A stretch of 53,964 nt of DNA, the filler included, from Catajapyx aquilonaris (lineage: Eukaryota), in NCBI GenBank assembly GCA_000934665.2. It is 3 parts of 3 records of this genome, joined end to end, with 100 filler letters (N's around TTAATTAATTAA, not from the genome) between each part and the next. Parts side by side here need not be neighbours in the genome. Positions count along the whole stretch, not along the records: positions 1 to 17,845 come from KZ539604.1; 2 more parts are not named here. One strand, 5' to 3'. The notes under the pieces were generated by a model, which worked only from the letters and a program-made list of their open reading frames with translations, searched no databases and had not been told where the DNA came from. The position numbers were made by a program, and so were the translations under genes. Below, one piece after another: positions 1-13,200 of this stretch. The number at the start of each line of letters is the position of its first letter. Within the stretch, counting starts at the first letter, position 1.

Positions 1-1487
1 TTGTATAACGTATTACATTAATCCTAATTATATCCTGATAATACTTCTGCATCCAGATTTGGAGGCACAATCCCGGATATGTACAGGGAGCAGAATGGTC
101 TGCCATCTGCTGGCGTGTACCCCAATTTGGTTCAACTGGCGGCTCCAACTCCAACCCATCCTTGGGTACAACATAAAAAAGGACCGGTGCCGAGAGAAAA
201 AAAGTAAGGGTCAGAGGTGATTTTGGATAAGGAAAAAAAAGATGAGGCAAAAAACTACACTTTAATTGGGAGAATCAGTTTTTAAGAGGCTGGCATGCTA
301 TCTGGGCATCCATCTGCCTTACGGATGCCAGCCAATTTTTTGGGATGGTCTGAAACAAGGATTCTTAAGCACCACCTGGCTTTTTATTTACTTGTAAACT
401 CAAGCCTCTGAGGAAAGAAATAAACTACCCAATATTTAGTGCCAGGGTCCTATCAATAAATGCGGGAGTTAACGTTAGTGATGGAAGCAATCAAAATGTC
501 CAAGCGGTGTGCACAGCGACAATAAAGATGTCGTTAGGGAATAAAGAACATCGATAAAAGATGCGTCCAACAATAAAGTGAAATTTAAATGAAGGACTAA
601 GCCTAATACACGCATTATTTTCGGCTTCGCAAAAATTGGGGGAAAAAATGATTTTATACATGTTGCGAACGTTTCCTATATTAAAGCATAAATTTGGCAT
701 ACAAAACTTGACCCAGTGAAGCATTCTATTATTTTTTCTTACCAGTAGACAAAATATGATAAGAGCGACGCTAGGCTGTAACTACAGAATATAGAAGCCA
801 TCTGGTGGATAATGCTGTAAGCTCACCACAGTGACCGAAGTGGACACCGAACTTCTCCGACCCGAAAGGAATAGTGACAGCGTTCTAGTAAGTTCATATT
901 TTGACAAACTAGGTATGTTCACACAATCAGCACCTTTTTCTATAATAGAAGTGATGCACCAGTATACAGTCTGTCACATTTGCAACGGTGAAAATCACAA
1001 TTACTATCATTTCCAATCATCCCATAACCTGCCATAACCTCATCTGCGAGTGTTTCAATGAGTTACATACTCCATTGGAGAGACGATTAAAGCTTTCCAA
1101 AAGTCTGCATAATAATTATACAGTACGCCAAATATGAAGGTGGAGCGACATAGTCGTGAACATATGCAGAATACTGCAAGAAAATATATGACCTGACGTA
1201 ATGCTGATGTGAGAAAAACTAAAGGTAAGACATGTGAAGATATTTAAAAACACTTATGAATGCAATGAAACGATGTAGGCACATGTGCAAAGTCTCCCTA
1301 TCGAACAAGAGCTTACGTAGTGTACAGCAGTTCTTCTACACTCTCTACAGTATTTGGTATTACGTTCGACTGGCCCATTACTTTAGACCTACAATAAGAA
1401 ATTATAACTTTGGCCATTTAGGTATATAGTATCGATATTATAACGGTAGGGCCTATATTGCTTACAGGAGTGTTAGCAGTCAAACTG

Positions 1488-2107
1488 ACAAGGGAAGGTC
1501 ACGGGGTGATAATGTCGGATCTTGATGAAATTGGACGCGCTAATACAGGACAATATATGATGCCCAAAAATGAAATATTTCGTGCTGACGTCCATATTTG
1601 CAAAAGTTATGACGTCTTAAAGTTCCAAAAATAATACATTTTCATACTCCATGGGATTACATTAGCGACCACATATAATGACATTGAAGTGTGTAATCAG
1701 TTTCTAGACCAGAAGTGGCGGGTCACCAGAAGTTGACCAAGAAACCTATTTTGGTCACTCTCAATCCGAATATGAAAACCGTTTGTCGCTATCTCTTACG
1801 GTTTAGGCCTTTACCTGTCCACAGACGGACGCACGGACGGACGGCCAGAGCAGTTCCGTAGGACTTTTTTCCGATGAGAAAAGGTCTAGAAACTGATTAC
1901 ACACTTCAATGTCATTATATGTAGTTGCTAATGTAATCCCATGGAGTATATGAAAATGTATTATTTTTGGAACTTTAAGACGTCATAACGTTTGCAAATA
2001 TGGACGTCAGCACGAAATATTTCATTTTTGGGCATCATATATTGTCCTGTATTAGCATGTCCAATTTCATCAAGATCCGACATTATCACCCCGTGACCTT
2101 CCCTTGT
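1488..2107. mobile_element. Foldback element: ~223-bp inverted arms around a Helentron/HINE (DINE-1)-like core
   Basis: Arm 1488-1710 (ACAAGGGAAGGTCACGGGGTG...TTTCTAGACC) is the near-perfect reverse complement of 1883-2107, with a few substitutions and a 2-nt indel. The 172-nt spacer has a (GACG)n-type tract (ACAGACGGACGCACGGACGGACGG) and a short stem-loop. Confidence 0.7.
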
Positions 2108-2544
2108 GAGAAATATTGTAAATTCTGTGAACAGTCCCCTCAGTACTGTATCACCAACATGTAGTGAGATCTAGTAAAAGTACGGGTGCATTACTACGTA
2201 CCTGTCCATTTCTGCCTGTATGTGAGGTATTAGGCCCGTAAAAGTCAAGGCATTACGGCCATTCACTACAGCCACCCCCACAATCATCTGAAGCTCCTCT
2301 TTCCCATCAGACTGTGTATACTGCAATTTTACTAATTTTCATGTGTTAGTATTACAGTGCACACACTACCCTTATGGGACACGCCCCACGTCCAGCATGT
2401 AATAGTAATGCCCAATTCCCTTTTGTCCTAGATAAAGACTACGTTTCGCAAGCATGTGTTGCCTGCCCACCTGGACAAGGTACGCGAAAACAAAATTTAA
2501 GCGGAAGAGTGTATGTGTGTGTGAGAGAGAAAAAGTGGTTACCC

Positions 2545-2706
2545 NNNNNNNNNNNNNNNNNNNNNNNNNNNNNNNNNNNNNNNNNNNNNNNNNNNNNNNN
2601 NNNNNNNNNNNNNNNNNNNNNNNNNNNNNNNNNNNNNNNNNNNNNNNNNNNNNNNNNNNNNNNNNNNNNNNNNNNNNNNNNNNNNNNNNNNNNNNNNNNN
2701 NNNNNN
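2545..2706. other. Scaffold gap (162 N)
   Basis: Run of N without a linker sequence. Confidence 0.99.
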
Positions 2707-3248
2707 TTTTTTTTTTCCTTCAAAGAGAACAAAAATGGCCTCAAATTAGGGAGCCGAAGGGGGGACCCTAGTGGGACCCCTAAAATATAATAGTTTCGTC
2801 AGGACCATACACTCACGTAGCTGGACCATACATTAAAAAAAAACATGTCTTGCAATGGCGTCTGGGACATTCAGGTCAACATTCTGCCATCTGCTCTTAT
2901 AGGGGCAGCTACGTTACGTAATACATGACATATTGGTACAACCCCGCTCATTCAAGGCTTCAAACCGCCAATAACTAATAATTTAGATTATGGACATATC
3001 AGTGGACAGATCCACAATTTCTTGGGAGCATAATTACACATTTTGGATGTAAAAGCGTGCAGGGTGCGATTTTGTACGCTGTGAATTATTTTCCTGTGTC
3101 CACCCCACATATCCATAATTAGCTGGCGTCTAATCATATGCTGCTCGTGAGCATTTTTGAAAGGTGACTGAAGATCCATCAGACCATCTGTTCGGAATAT
3201 AAGCAGGGAAGTAACCAACCACAATTTTAATATCGCATAGGTGTGCCA

Positions 3249-3425
3249 TACACTCTTCTAAAAAAATGAGTAAAAATTTCAACTATACAAATGTGCAAAA
3301 AAATGTTTTGAAATGAGCAGAAAATATCAAATTAAAATGAGCCTAATTTTTTAGTAGTAGCTTGAGTTAAATATTACTCAAAAATTGATTCAAAGCTAAC
3401 TCATTTTTTTTTACTATTAACGTGT
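3249..3425. mobile_element. Possible degenerate non-autonomous DNA transposon (EnSpm/CACTA-like ends)
   Basis: Begins TACACTC..AAAAAAATGAGT and ends ACTCATTTTTTTT..GTGT, with internal TTGAGT/ACTCAA motifs. Similar motifs occur at 34173-34410. TIR is imperfect. Confidence 0.3.
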
Positions 3426-5322
3426 CTTTCAGTCCTAACTTATTATCGGTCATCGAACTGTGAATTACCTAACTTGATGACATTCCTATATACGCAGCAT
3501 ACGCACATCGGGCGGTACCTTTGACATGAGAAGCCGAGTGAATGTAAAGGAGCCCTGAATTTCCTGCACGCATGCAAAGTTGCTGCCGAACAGGAGTCGC
3601 CCATTTAATTCGTGATGAGCAGATCATTCACGGGGTCAAAGGTTGGGGGCAACGACACTGTAGCATTGATGGAACCAATCTCAGAGAGGATTTTTTTTTT
3701 CTATCCACCTGTTGGTAACCCAACACCTGCTTCATCGCTATTTTTTATCCATAGTTTTTTATTTTTTGTGGGTGGGCTTCTTCACAAGCCTCCCCTAAGC
3801 CTGTAATTATCATGACTCGTCCTTCCATCAAGCGGCTCATTTTCTTCGTGGATGCATATCTTACCCCCTTCTTCTCCTGCTCTCACGATCAAACCAACGC
3901 AAGCTATACGTCTGCAACAATATTCTAGCAATAAAATATTTACAACCTCGCTGAATTAAAAAAAAAGTTTAAAATAAAGCTACGTTATAAAGCTATTTAG
4001 AGCGTGGCAATTATAGGAATTTTAGAAGACAATTTTCTCGCCCCAAAGCGACACGTCTACCTGGGTTGTGAGGGTCCGATGTCGTGCTTTGTATTCCAGA
4101 TTTGTTTTTCAGCACTTCGCCATCTGAATGTCAATTTGACGCTGACTGTAAGACCTACGTGATTCAATATCCGCTGGTGTCTCAAACGGATGATTTGGCC
4201 TAAAACAGTTAATATTTGTCGCAATTGTTCGTTAATTTGACTGATACGATCAGAATGCAATATTTTTATTTTTATCTGTAAACAAAATGGTGTGTCCAAG
4301 CTACATGGCTTATGATGTATTTCTTCCATACTGTGGTAAATACCTGCTCTCCCCCCACACATGAAGCATATGGTCAGTTCGTGACCATCGTAACCTCTTG
4401 TGCCAGCAGGAGATCACTGCAACAGTTGGAAGCTGTGCCCCCGTTTTTCCACATATGCCATTTGAGTCCTACGGAAACGTCGATCCTACACCCCTATGAG
4501 CCAATTAAATCACCGCTTGTAATTAATCTAGGACTTAGCTTAAGATGGAATTTATCCTCTACAGCCTGCTCAGCTATACCTTAATAAATTCCTCCCTTTT
4601 AATGAGAGAGGTAAGTAATCAAACAAATTAATAAAACTGCTTTCCTCAAATAATGAGACATTAACATTACATCTCCTTCCGGTATTCCTCCAATAAAAAT
4701 ACCGATAACACGTATATCCCTGAAAGTTTTGAGTCGTACACGTTAAACTTATTCCCCGCAGCTCTCCAGCTGCAAATAATGAATCCGTGCAGGCGACTTT
4801 TATCTGGCGGCAATGTGCTTTTTCAAGCAGTGGAACGTCATCTACAGTAGGTCCTGCTATGTGTATAAATATCAACTCCTTTGTCTAATTAATCTACTTA
4901 ATTAAGTGAACTTCGTGAAAGCTAGGGGGCCTGGCAACCAAAAGGAGTGGCCTCCTAATTATACTGCACTTGTCTATTTTTTTAAGACCCTTGGGCGTTA
5001 GCAACTTTTTGATTACGGGCGTCGAATGGCTTATTAGAAAATATTTCGAACACTTTTGTCATTACTTATTTGCATTAACTTGCTTGCTGTCTATTTTTAT
5101 GGCACAATAAAGTCATATTAGAGGCAAATATGTGGAGTTCTTTTTGGGACAATTTGAGTGATTTGCAACTGTATGTATAAGAGCAATTTTCACTCTAATT
5201 TGAAGACTTGCAATTACGAATAGTAATGATCACATTTTTAGTGTTTGAATTATTTCTTTGCGTTCTTTGAATAATTGATGTGAATAATTTTTTTGATATG
5301 TACCACAATAATTTTTATTGGA

Positions 5323-5573
5323 CCGAAGCAGGTTGGTGTAGGGGATAAGGAGCCCGCCTGCTAATCGGGAGGTCCTGGGTTCGAATCCCGGGGCCGGCGA
5401 CCCTGACTATGATTTTCTGTGGTTTTCCATGGTCCCCTCCAGGACAATTCCGGGGTCGTTTCCGTAAAAATAGGCCACAGCCGCTTCCTTCCTTCCCTAT
5501 TCCTGGTCCCATCCAATGGTGGTAATCCACCCCTTAAGGGAGCCAAAGGCTTAGCACGGGGTATGATAAATAA
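5323..5573 (+). mobile_element. tRNA-derived SINE
   Basis: A-box TGGTGTAGGGG, B-box GGTTCGAATCC, anticodon-like loop CTGCTAA, non-tRNA body and A-rich tail. 16-bp target-site duplication AATAATTTTTATTGGA at 5307-5322 and 5574-5589. Confidence 0.88.
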
Positions 5574-7088
5574 AATAATTTTTATTGGAGGTTGTTTCTC
5601 ATTAGAAAAAAAATTTAAGTTTTTAAATATCTGAATCCTTTGGCCTACAAAACGGTTTCTATCGTTTAATTTTCCCACATTATTTTGTTGAGTGCTCATA
5701 AGTCCTCTTCATCCAACGTCCACCAAGCAAGACAGTAGACAGTGACGAAGGATGCCATCACTTCACGTCAGCATGAAACGATCATATCTTTGTCACTGGA
5801 AGGACCACCAAGTCTTCACCCCCGTAAATTTATATCACAACAAAGGCATCAACCTGACAGCACTGCACGTATCGTATAAATGTTATTCCACACTGCAAAT
5901 ACCGGATTAACACCTTTAAAAAAAATGGTTACATCAATTTCTATTGGAACCTGCTGCCAATACCATTGTCGCCATTTCCCCTCTAGTGGTCTCTATTGAA
6001 AAGGCGGTCAGCTGTCAAAGTTCTCTTGGGTTCCTGATGGCATCCCAGGCCCCCCTTTTCTTGTGCTAATCGAGGAGCTTGCCTAGGCTCAGGTGCACCA
6101 CACCAAACCGCACCTACCCACCGATTACCACAAAACCCACCTGACTCTGTCCTACCTTTCGAACCCCTCTGCTTCATTTCCCACACTTTTGGGCCCCAAA
6201 AAATTACCGATCTGGAAGGCGGACTACCTGCCGCTCTTTTTGACGCTTCTGGGGGTGCCCCCCCTCTTTGCCCAGCACTCTTCTCAAAAGGCCGACCCCA
6301 GGGTTCCACTTCCCCAAAGTCCATCCCCACGTGCCGCTAACATTCCGCAAACAGACACTTTTCGGCCCTTTTCACCACCAGAATGTCAGATCCCAAACTA
6401 TCAGGGCTTTTCCTTCTTTTTTATGTGGCCTTTCATCACACCAGACTTTCGAAAAAAAACACTGTTGTCGTAAAACAACTCTCGTAAAACTGTCTACTAA
6501 AAAAAAACCAGGCTTCTTCGGCTATGTTGTAGTTATTTCATATGCTTATTGATCACAAATCCATAAAACCGCATCAAAGAATGGTGTAAACATGTTGACT
6601 TTTTATCTCTGACTATTCACGCTTGTTTTGCTGGAATTATAATACCCGGGTCCTACGTTTTATTTCATTGTGTGGTTGAAATTGCGCCCGACGAGATGAA
6701 CCGGACATGTCCATGACAACAATTTCGATGTGTTTATCTCCACCTGGCGCGAAGGCAGAGCAGACAGCCAAACAAGCACTGCGTAAATCCCTGATCAACA
6801 CATTGGCCCTCATTGATCCGCCAGATTGAAACCGCAACAGAAAAAAACAACATTTTTTTGGCAATGATTGACCAGAGGAAAGAGGGCAATAAATTCATTA
6901 TTAGCTTCATTCCCAAACAAACGTGGTTTTTGGAAGTGCCCTCCCATGGAAATGACGGGAGTCAACTTTAACGCCAATATTATATCTGAATCGATGATGA
7001 TTATAGTGTGCGCTTTGACCTCCCTGGTCATTACTTATGACCCTGGGGTCGTGGTCCATTAGACCATTGCCATTAGACTAGCCTCACT

Positions 7089-7201
7089 CGAGGCTGTCTC
7101 ACGACTGTCCCGACATGTCGGGACAGTCAGCCTCGTCAAGAGATGGGATGCAGGAGGGTGTCGCGGCACCCTCCTGCATCCCGCCATCTCTTGGCGAAAC
7201 T
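7089..7201. repeat. Two overlapping GC-rich inverted repeats (small palindromic element)
   Basis: Perfect 26-bp palindrome GACTGTCCCGACATGTCGGGACAGTC (7103-7128), closed by CGAGGCT/AGCCTCG. Second hairpin 7129-7201: AGCCTCGTCAAGAGATGGGATGCAGGAGGGTG..CACCCTCCTGCATCCC..CCATCTCTTGGCGAAACT. Confidence 0.8.
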
Positions 7202-10200
7202 GCCAATCAGAAACTAACTCCATCTGCTGGATGCAGGGAATGCCACAAGATATTTGACCAAAAAACTATTACGCACAGTGACATTGAAAAAAAAAAGTGT
7301 TTCAGGCATTGCTTTCTGGGAACTCTTCTGTGATTCAATCGGTGAGTCTGATCGAATGGCAGCTGCTGAACTGATACGTGACATGTAGGATGGAGGTGCA
7401 CATTGGTAGTCCTAAGGAGTGTCGTCTTATTCCACAATACTATTCTGCTACGTTGACATATGACGACATGAGACGCATGTGGCAGCGGACAGTTGATAAA
7501 CTTCTGACTGATGCCCTCCTGCTCTGCGTGTGCATATGAGACAAGCGACTGGAATGTACACTCCGATGAAAAGTGGCGCTTTGCTGGGGAGAACGCTCTT
7601 CACACATGTCATTCCATATGAACAAGAGAGAGATTCCAGCTACTTCAGAGCAAACATGTCACGATATTTCCCAAACTGCATGTTTCAGATTTTAGCTTAC
7701 ATTAGTAAACTTCAATATAACACAATGTGAAAAAGCACATGCTATTCAATATTTTTCAGCTATAATTGCGGTTATACGTCACTGTTCAAGCTTTTGGTCC
7801 AAAAATGGAATAATCATGTCTGCATCGAAACGAAACCTAACAATCGGAGCCGCGACTGCAGCTGTTTCCCATGGAGCAATTTGTCGACACCCAAAACCCC
7901 TCACCCCCTCCATCACCCTATACCACTGCCCTTCCCTCACGCAGGACCACTTTTTGCTGCCATGCGATGGATGGGGTATATAGGAAAAGGGATATATCGG
8001 CGGAGGAAAAGGGTTTAAGAGCAGCCTCCACGTGTGTGCCTAAGGGTCAAGGGTGGGGGATGAACGTAAGGGAGAGAGAAGAAGAAGGAAGGAAGGAAGG
8101 AAGGAAGAAGATATGCATTTCCTTTCCCCCTCTCATGCCAATGACCTATCACTTTGTATGAACCTATCAAACAAATTGTTTCTCTAATCAGTCGACAGAC
8201 ATAAATTTATAGGGTAGACAGCGTAGCTACAGATTAAAGCTCCCAGACATCTCACTCTTGCAATAATTCTGATCACACTACTGGACGAAAATAATAAATT
8301 ATTTTTAAAATACTGTATTTATATTTTAAAAAGGTTTACAGATAGTATACACACAAAAATCAGGACTGGAATAATTATGAAGCATCAACATCAAGAACGT
8401 ACTACGGAGGTGGTAGAATCTGTAATCCTATGTCTATATACACCATGTTACAAATTACTACACCCTATGAAAATGACTGATTATGATTCAATATGGCAAC
8501 GAAGTCTGTTTAAGAGTCGAATTCGTTGCAACAATTTGGCAACAAGATCCACTCCCGCTTCCATTTCCATGCCAACACACATGCCGGAATAATTTATCAA
8601 AGAGAAACACGACTCGGGGTGCCCTATATTACCCTAAAATTACAGAGGTTTGCGATTTCAATGGCAAGCAACACGAAACAGCTTCATTTCAAAGCAAAAT
8701 TCCCCGCCGGCAATTACTGAGGCCCTTATCACTTGATACTGTGCCGCATTTATTTAATAGCTCGACACTACACCTTCAAGAATTAAATAATAAGTGAGTC
8801 CCAAATCTCACATATGGCAAACGAAAACTGAGATATAGCCTACAATGGAATTGAGAGTATAGGCCTACCAAGTTGGGGGGCTCATTTGCACGCTATTTAT
8901 CGTGGACTTGGGTATAAAGCTGGACCTATAAGAACATCTGTCAGATAAAATGGCTAGCCGCCAGTGGATCATTGGTCTTATCTTGCTGTTTTTTCGACTT
9001 CAAAATTGCCACCAGGAGCTAACAACGAGCAGACGTTCCAGACAGGCAGATGCTGAGGAATATTATTTTTTTGGATATTTTTTTTTTGTATGGACACATT
9101 ACGAGCCTTAAATGCGGCTGTGAGTATATCAAAAACTGACTTTGATATCTAATAGTAGCCAGAAGTAATACCTGTGTTTATTGTTGCTTACTTGCATAAC
9201 TATATGGGGAATTCATGCTTGTTGTCATGTACTGTAGTTTCACTTGAAACTCCAGTTCAAAATAAAATATTATTATTGTAATAGGTAATTGGATTTTTTT
9301 TTTACCTTCCACACAATAGGGTCTCAGTATTTTAGAATAATCTAGGCAGATCAAACTCGTCAATGCGTGCCTCAAATTGCCAACAGCACCATTTTATACA
9401 TAATAATAATCACATGCATGTGCATAAGATGTCATATTTATCGCATTTTCCAGGATGTAAAGCGGTTTGAACTGCACTCAACCATGTGATTTAACTGACA
9501 ATTATATCCTGCTCTGAACATAACCAGTACTAAACAGCCTCCCAGTCCGTTACGATTGATAATTAAGATTCAATTTTATGCAAGTAAATTCTGGCTGAAA
9601 ACGAATTTATTCCTCCTTTTAAAAAAACCACCACCCACAGAGGTCCCAACATTATGACGTTTGTTAGCCTATCTACTTGGCCTGCGGTGAAGCTGGAAAT
9701 AAAACTTAATTCATCCACATGCCGACAATAAGAGGCCAATTACTGGCTACCGAAACGTTCTAATTACTCCACACTCATATCTCTGACATGGCATTTCATC
9801 ACAATATTTAACCCCCTAAGTATTATCATTACCAACTACCTAAAAAAATGACCTAAAACCGGTGTAAAAAAAAAAATCCCGTTGTAATTCTTTGACAACC
9901 GACGAATTCCCTAATAGCAGAGGTGTTACCTGGAAAGGTGGGTTTGGAATTCCCATCAAAAATTCATCCACCTTCATTTCTTCTCTAGCTTATATATATA
10001 TATTTTTTACTCTGGCATGGAGTCGTCTATTTCATCCAGTCACAGATGGAAATGAGTTGGCGCGTTATTTATTGCTGATAATGAAGGAGAAGCAGTCGGA
10101 TTCGGGGAGGTTAATAAGGTTATATAATGGGAAGGAGCCCACGAGGCAAAAGATAGGCTCTGATGATCCATTCTGGGGAGGAGTATATATATATAAAAAA

Positions 10201-13200
10201 AGGAAGGGGGAAAAAACATCGAATGAAAAGTAGAAAATAAAAATGGGCTCAGTTTTGACTCCATATTTAACACATGTCTGTATAGTGGGTTAAAATATTC
10301 AATTTAAAATTTTGTTTGAATATTTAGAGGGGTTGAAAATATTTATGTGCGTTTTGAGATTCCCGCAGAGACGAAAATAATTGACACCGTAGCGAAGGGG
10401 CATGATTATATTAAGGCTTATCTTGACTTGTGAAGTAACAATATAGAGGTTATGTCACGAACGCTTAAATTAAGGGATTATTATTTTTGTAGTGTCAAGT
10501 ACTTCCTATTAGTGTCATTTAGAATGACGCGTGGCTTATATGCCTTGAGGTAAATACTGTATAATCGTGCACACCCTGCCCTTTTAAGAATTAAATGACT
10601 TAATCAAAGTGCTATACCGGCACATGTGAAATGTTTCTGCGGGCAATCAGCAACAAGTATTTTATGTAAGTGAGCACACGTAATAGTATTTTCTCACATT
10701 GCATTGGTCTGAGTAAACATACAAAATAGACCATTACGCTACATAGGAGGGCACTCTAAAAATTCCGATATCCGTAATTCCTTTAATTACACTATAGGCC
10801 TAAGCTGAATTTGACACAACTGCAAACTGTTCAGCCTGTCAAAAATTGAACCATATTATGTAACCTCATGTGCATTTTCCTTGCAGCAGAGACATCACTG
10901 GCATTCCGGTGAACTCTTTGGTCCCTCATCACCTTCATCTTTTTGGCATAGTAATCACGTACGAGTTGTTTGAGCCGAGATATACTGGCATTCCAATGAA
11001 ATTGTGGAGCGCCTTGCAACATGCTTCATGTCAATCGTTTTGGCAGCGACAGTAAATTAATACACACTCTGCATTACCAACTGGACTATTTTATAATTTT
11101 GCTACAAAATGCACACTTATTCTATGCGCAATTGTATCCCAATTTAATAAGTCCTGGACAACATTCGCTGAATTTTAGATGCATCATGTGATGGTATTGG
11201 TACGTGTATGATATCTGGAACAAAAATTCCTGAAAAAACTGGTCCACATTTATCCTGAGCATCCCATTTCGGAATAGCGGTATTTCCTCCCACCTCACGA
11301 TGGCTGAGGAAGATGCCAGGTGCGAGTGTGTGCATAAGGATGAGAACAGGAGACGGAGATTCTGGAGAGTGTTAGAGGAGGGGCAGAAGCGGAGGTGCTC
11401 CAGCAGGGTGGAGGGGGTAAGTAAGACTGGGGCTTGGGGCAGGGGGGGTGGGGATTCTTAAGAAAGAAGCAGGGGCATAAGAACTGGCTCTGGAATAATC
11501 GTGAATGGGCAACCATCACATGTGCCACGCGTTCGCATCACTGGATCTCATAAGGTATTTTCCATACGCATTTTTGGTAGGGTTTTACCAGTGGTTAAAA
11601 ATTGGTGTTAGGTCATTTGTCACCGACGAAAAGTGGGTCGTCATAATTGTAAAATGAGGCGTTAGTTGAGACAAGTCCGTTACTGACAACATTTCCATTT
11701 TATGCCTCTGATATTCCCTCGATAACATGTGTGGGTATCAGCTGCCCGCGGCCTGGGAGGTCGTAATAATGCGATGCTCTTCGGATGTGTCTGATTTTTT
11801 TGTATATATTTTTCATCCTTTCTTGTCGGAACACACGTCATGTAGTTACAGTCCAGGTGGGAGATCCCGGATATCATCTGGCAGGGTGTAAATGGCCGAT
11901 AAACACTTTCGCTGACTTGCTGACATGCGTCTCTTTACCTATGGCTCATATGTGGAAAGGGCTTAGCACGTGTATAACGGAAAGACGCGGTTTCTTTGTG
12001 GCGTCGGGGTCCGTTGATTGGTGGCCGCATCTGATTGGTCCCTCTAGAGGCAAAGCATGCAAATAATGGCCGAACTTGTGACCATCAGTACATTTCACCA
12101 AACAATACCCTAGCAATCAAAGAGTCACCCAAACAGCCCCTTCAATTACTCAATAATAGCGCTTAAATCCCCGCACTGTTACGCTACACACACTCACAAT
12201 CGTATAATTTTCCTACCTATCGTTAACTCACAAGTCACTGGCAAAATTCTCGTGTGGAAGTTTGCATGGCAGCGTTTCATTACTCTCTCAACTTTCCCAC
12301 CCCCTCGTTACTATTACTCGCCAAAAAAAATGTCATAATGAGCTTGCAATTGAAAATGATTTTTTTTAAAGAAAATAATGGGTAAACCCCTGCTTGTTGT
12401 TGAACCTAGAAGCATGTCCCTGGGATGATGTGGGTCAGTAAGGCGAACACTCATCGTTATTCTAGATGAGTCCCAGATTAAAGACAGGAAGAGCTATAAG
12501 CAGCTCCCCGCGAATGCTAATTATTTGTGGGAAGGGGGCACGCCCATGCCCACAGGCAATTTCAACCCAATTTTGCCTTCCCTTGGCCTAACTTACGCAC
12601 ATTTCTGCTTGACACTGGCTTGATTTATTCACACGATTCTTCCTCAAGCCACAGGGACATTTTCCTAATAATAAGTCCGGGTTCGTGTTCCGTAAACCTG
12701 TCCGTGGAGACATATTTAGTGCATTGCGCTGCTTCAAATTACGGGAATCAAAAAGGAAAAAACTACCTAATAATAGCTGCTCTAATTGTTTGATTCCGAC
12801 GGAGTTGTTTAGTTTTTTTTTCTATGTTTAGTTTACATAATGCAGCAGGACCTGTAGGCTTCAGGTCTATTTATTGCTGCAAGTTTGTTTTTGTTTGGAA
12901 CGTGATGAGCATAGGGCCAATTAGTTATTACATCAACCAATTTGTGCTCAATAATAAGGCATTCTCGTGTTACATTTTGAAGAGCTTTACCAAATGGCAG
13001 GCATTCGTGCACGTCTTCGGTACAGTGTGTTTCAACACACTTTGATACTTAGCTGTTTATTGCTCTAACGTGTACTTTTCGTGCCTATAAAATAAGAGAT
13101 ATTATGCTATATTAATACAGATGAGTTCTTCCTAAAGAATAATCGGATTAGGCCTACAAATATGTCTCAAAAATCAACTGAATTATGGCCTAAATTGATG

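Noticed and set aside
5323..5400. tRNA genes at the SINE heads (5323, 34580, 38435, 39564, 49875)
   Set aside because: Cloverleaf stems are imperfect, there is no adjacent T-run terminator, and each head continues into a body, tail and TSD. They are SINEs.
5983..6552. Cluster of 94-126-aa ORFs in a GC-richer patch
   Set aside because: No recognisable protein or splice pattern. The sequence is rich in homopolymer runs, suggesting a decayed repeat or low-quality consensus.
8950..9110. Short ORF MASRQWIIGLILLFFRLQNC... resembling a signal peptide
   Set aside because: Only ~53 aa, no good splice donor, runs into T-tracts, no recognised homologue.
11300..11422. ATG-initiated purine-rich frame ending at GTAAGT
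   Set aside because: Low-complexity G/A-rich sequence is often stop-free. No downstream exon or homology found.
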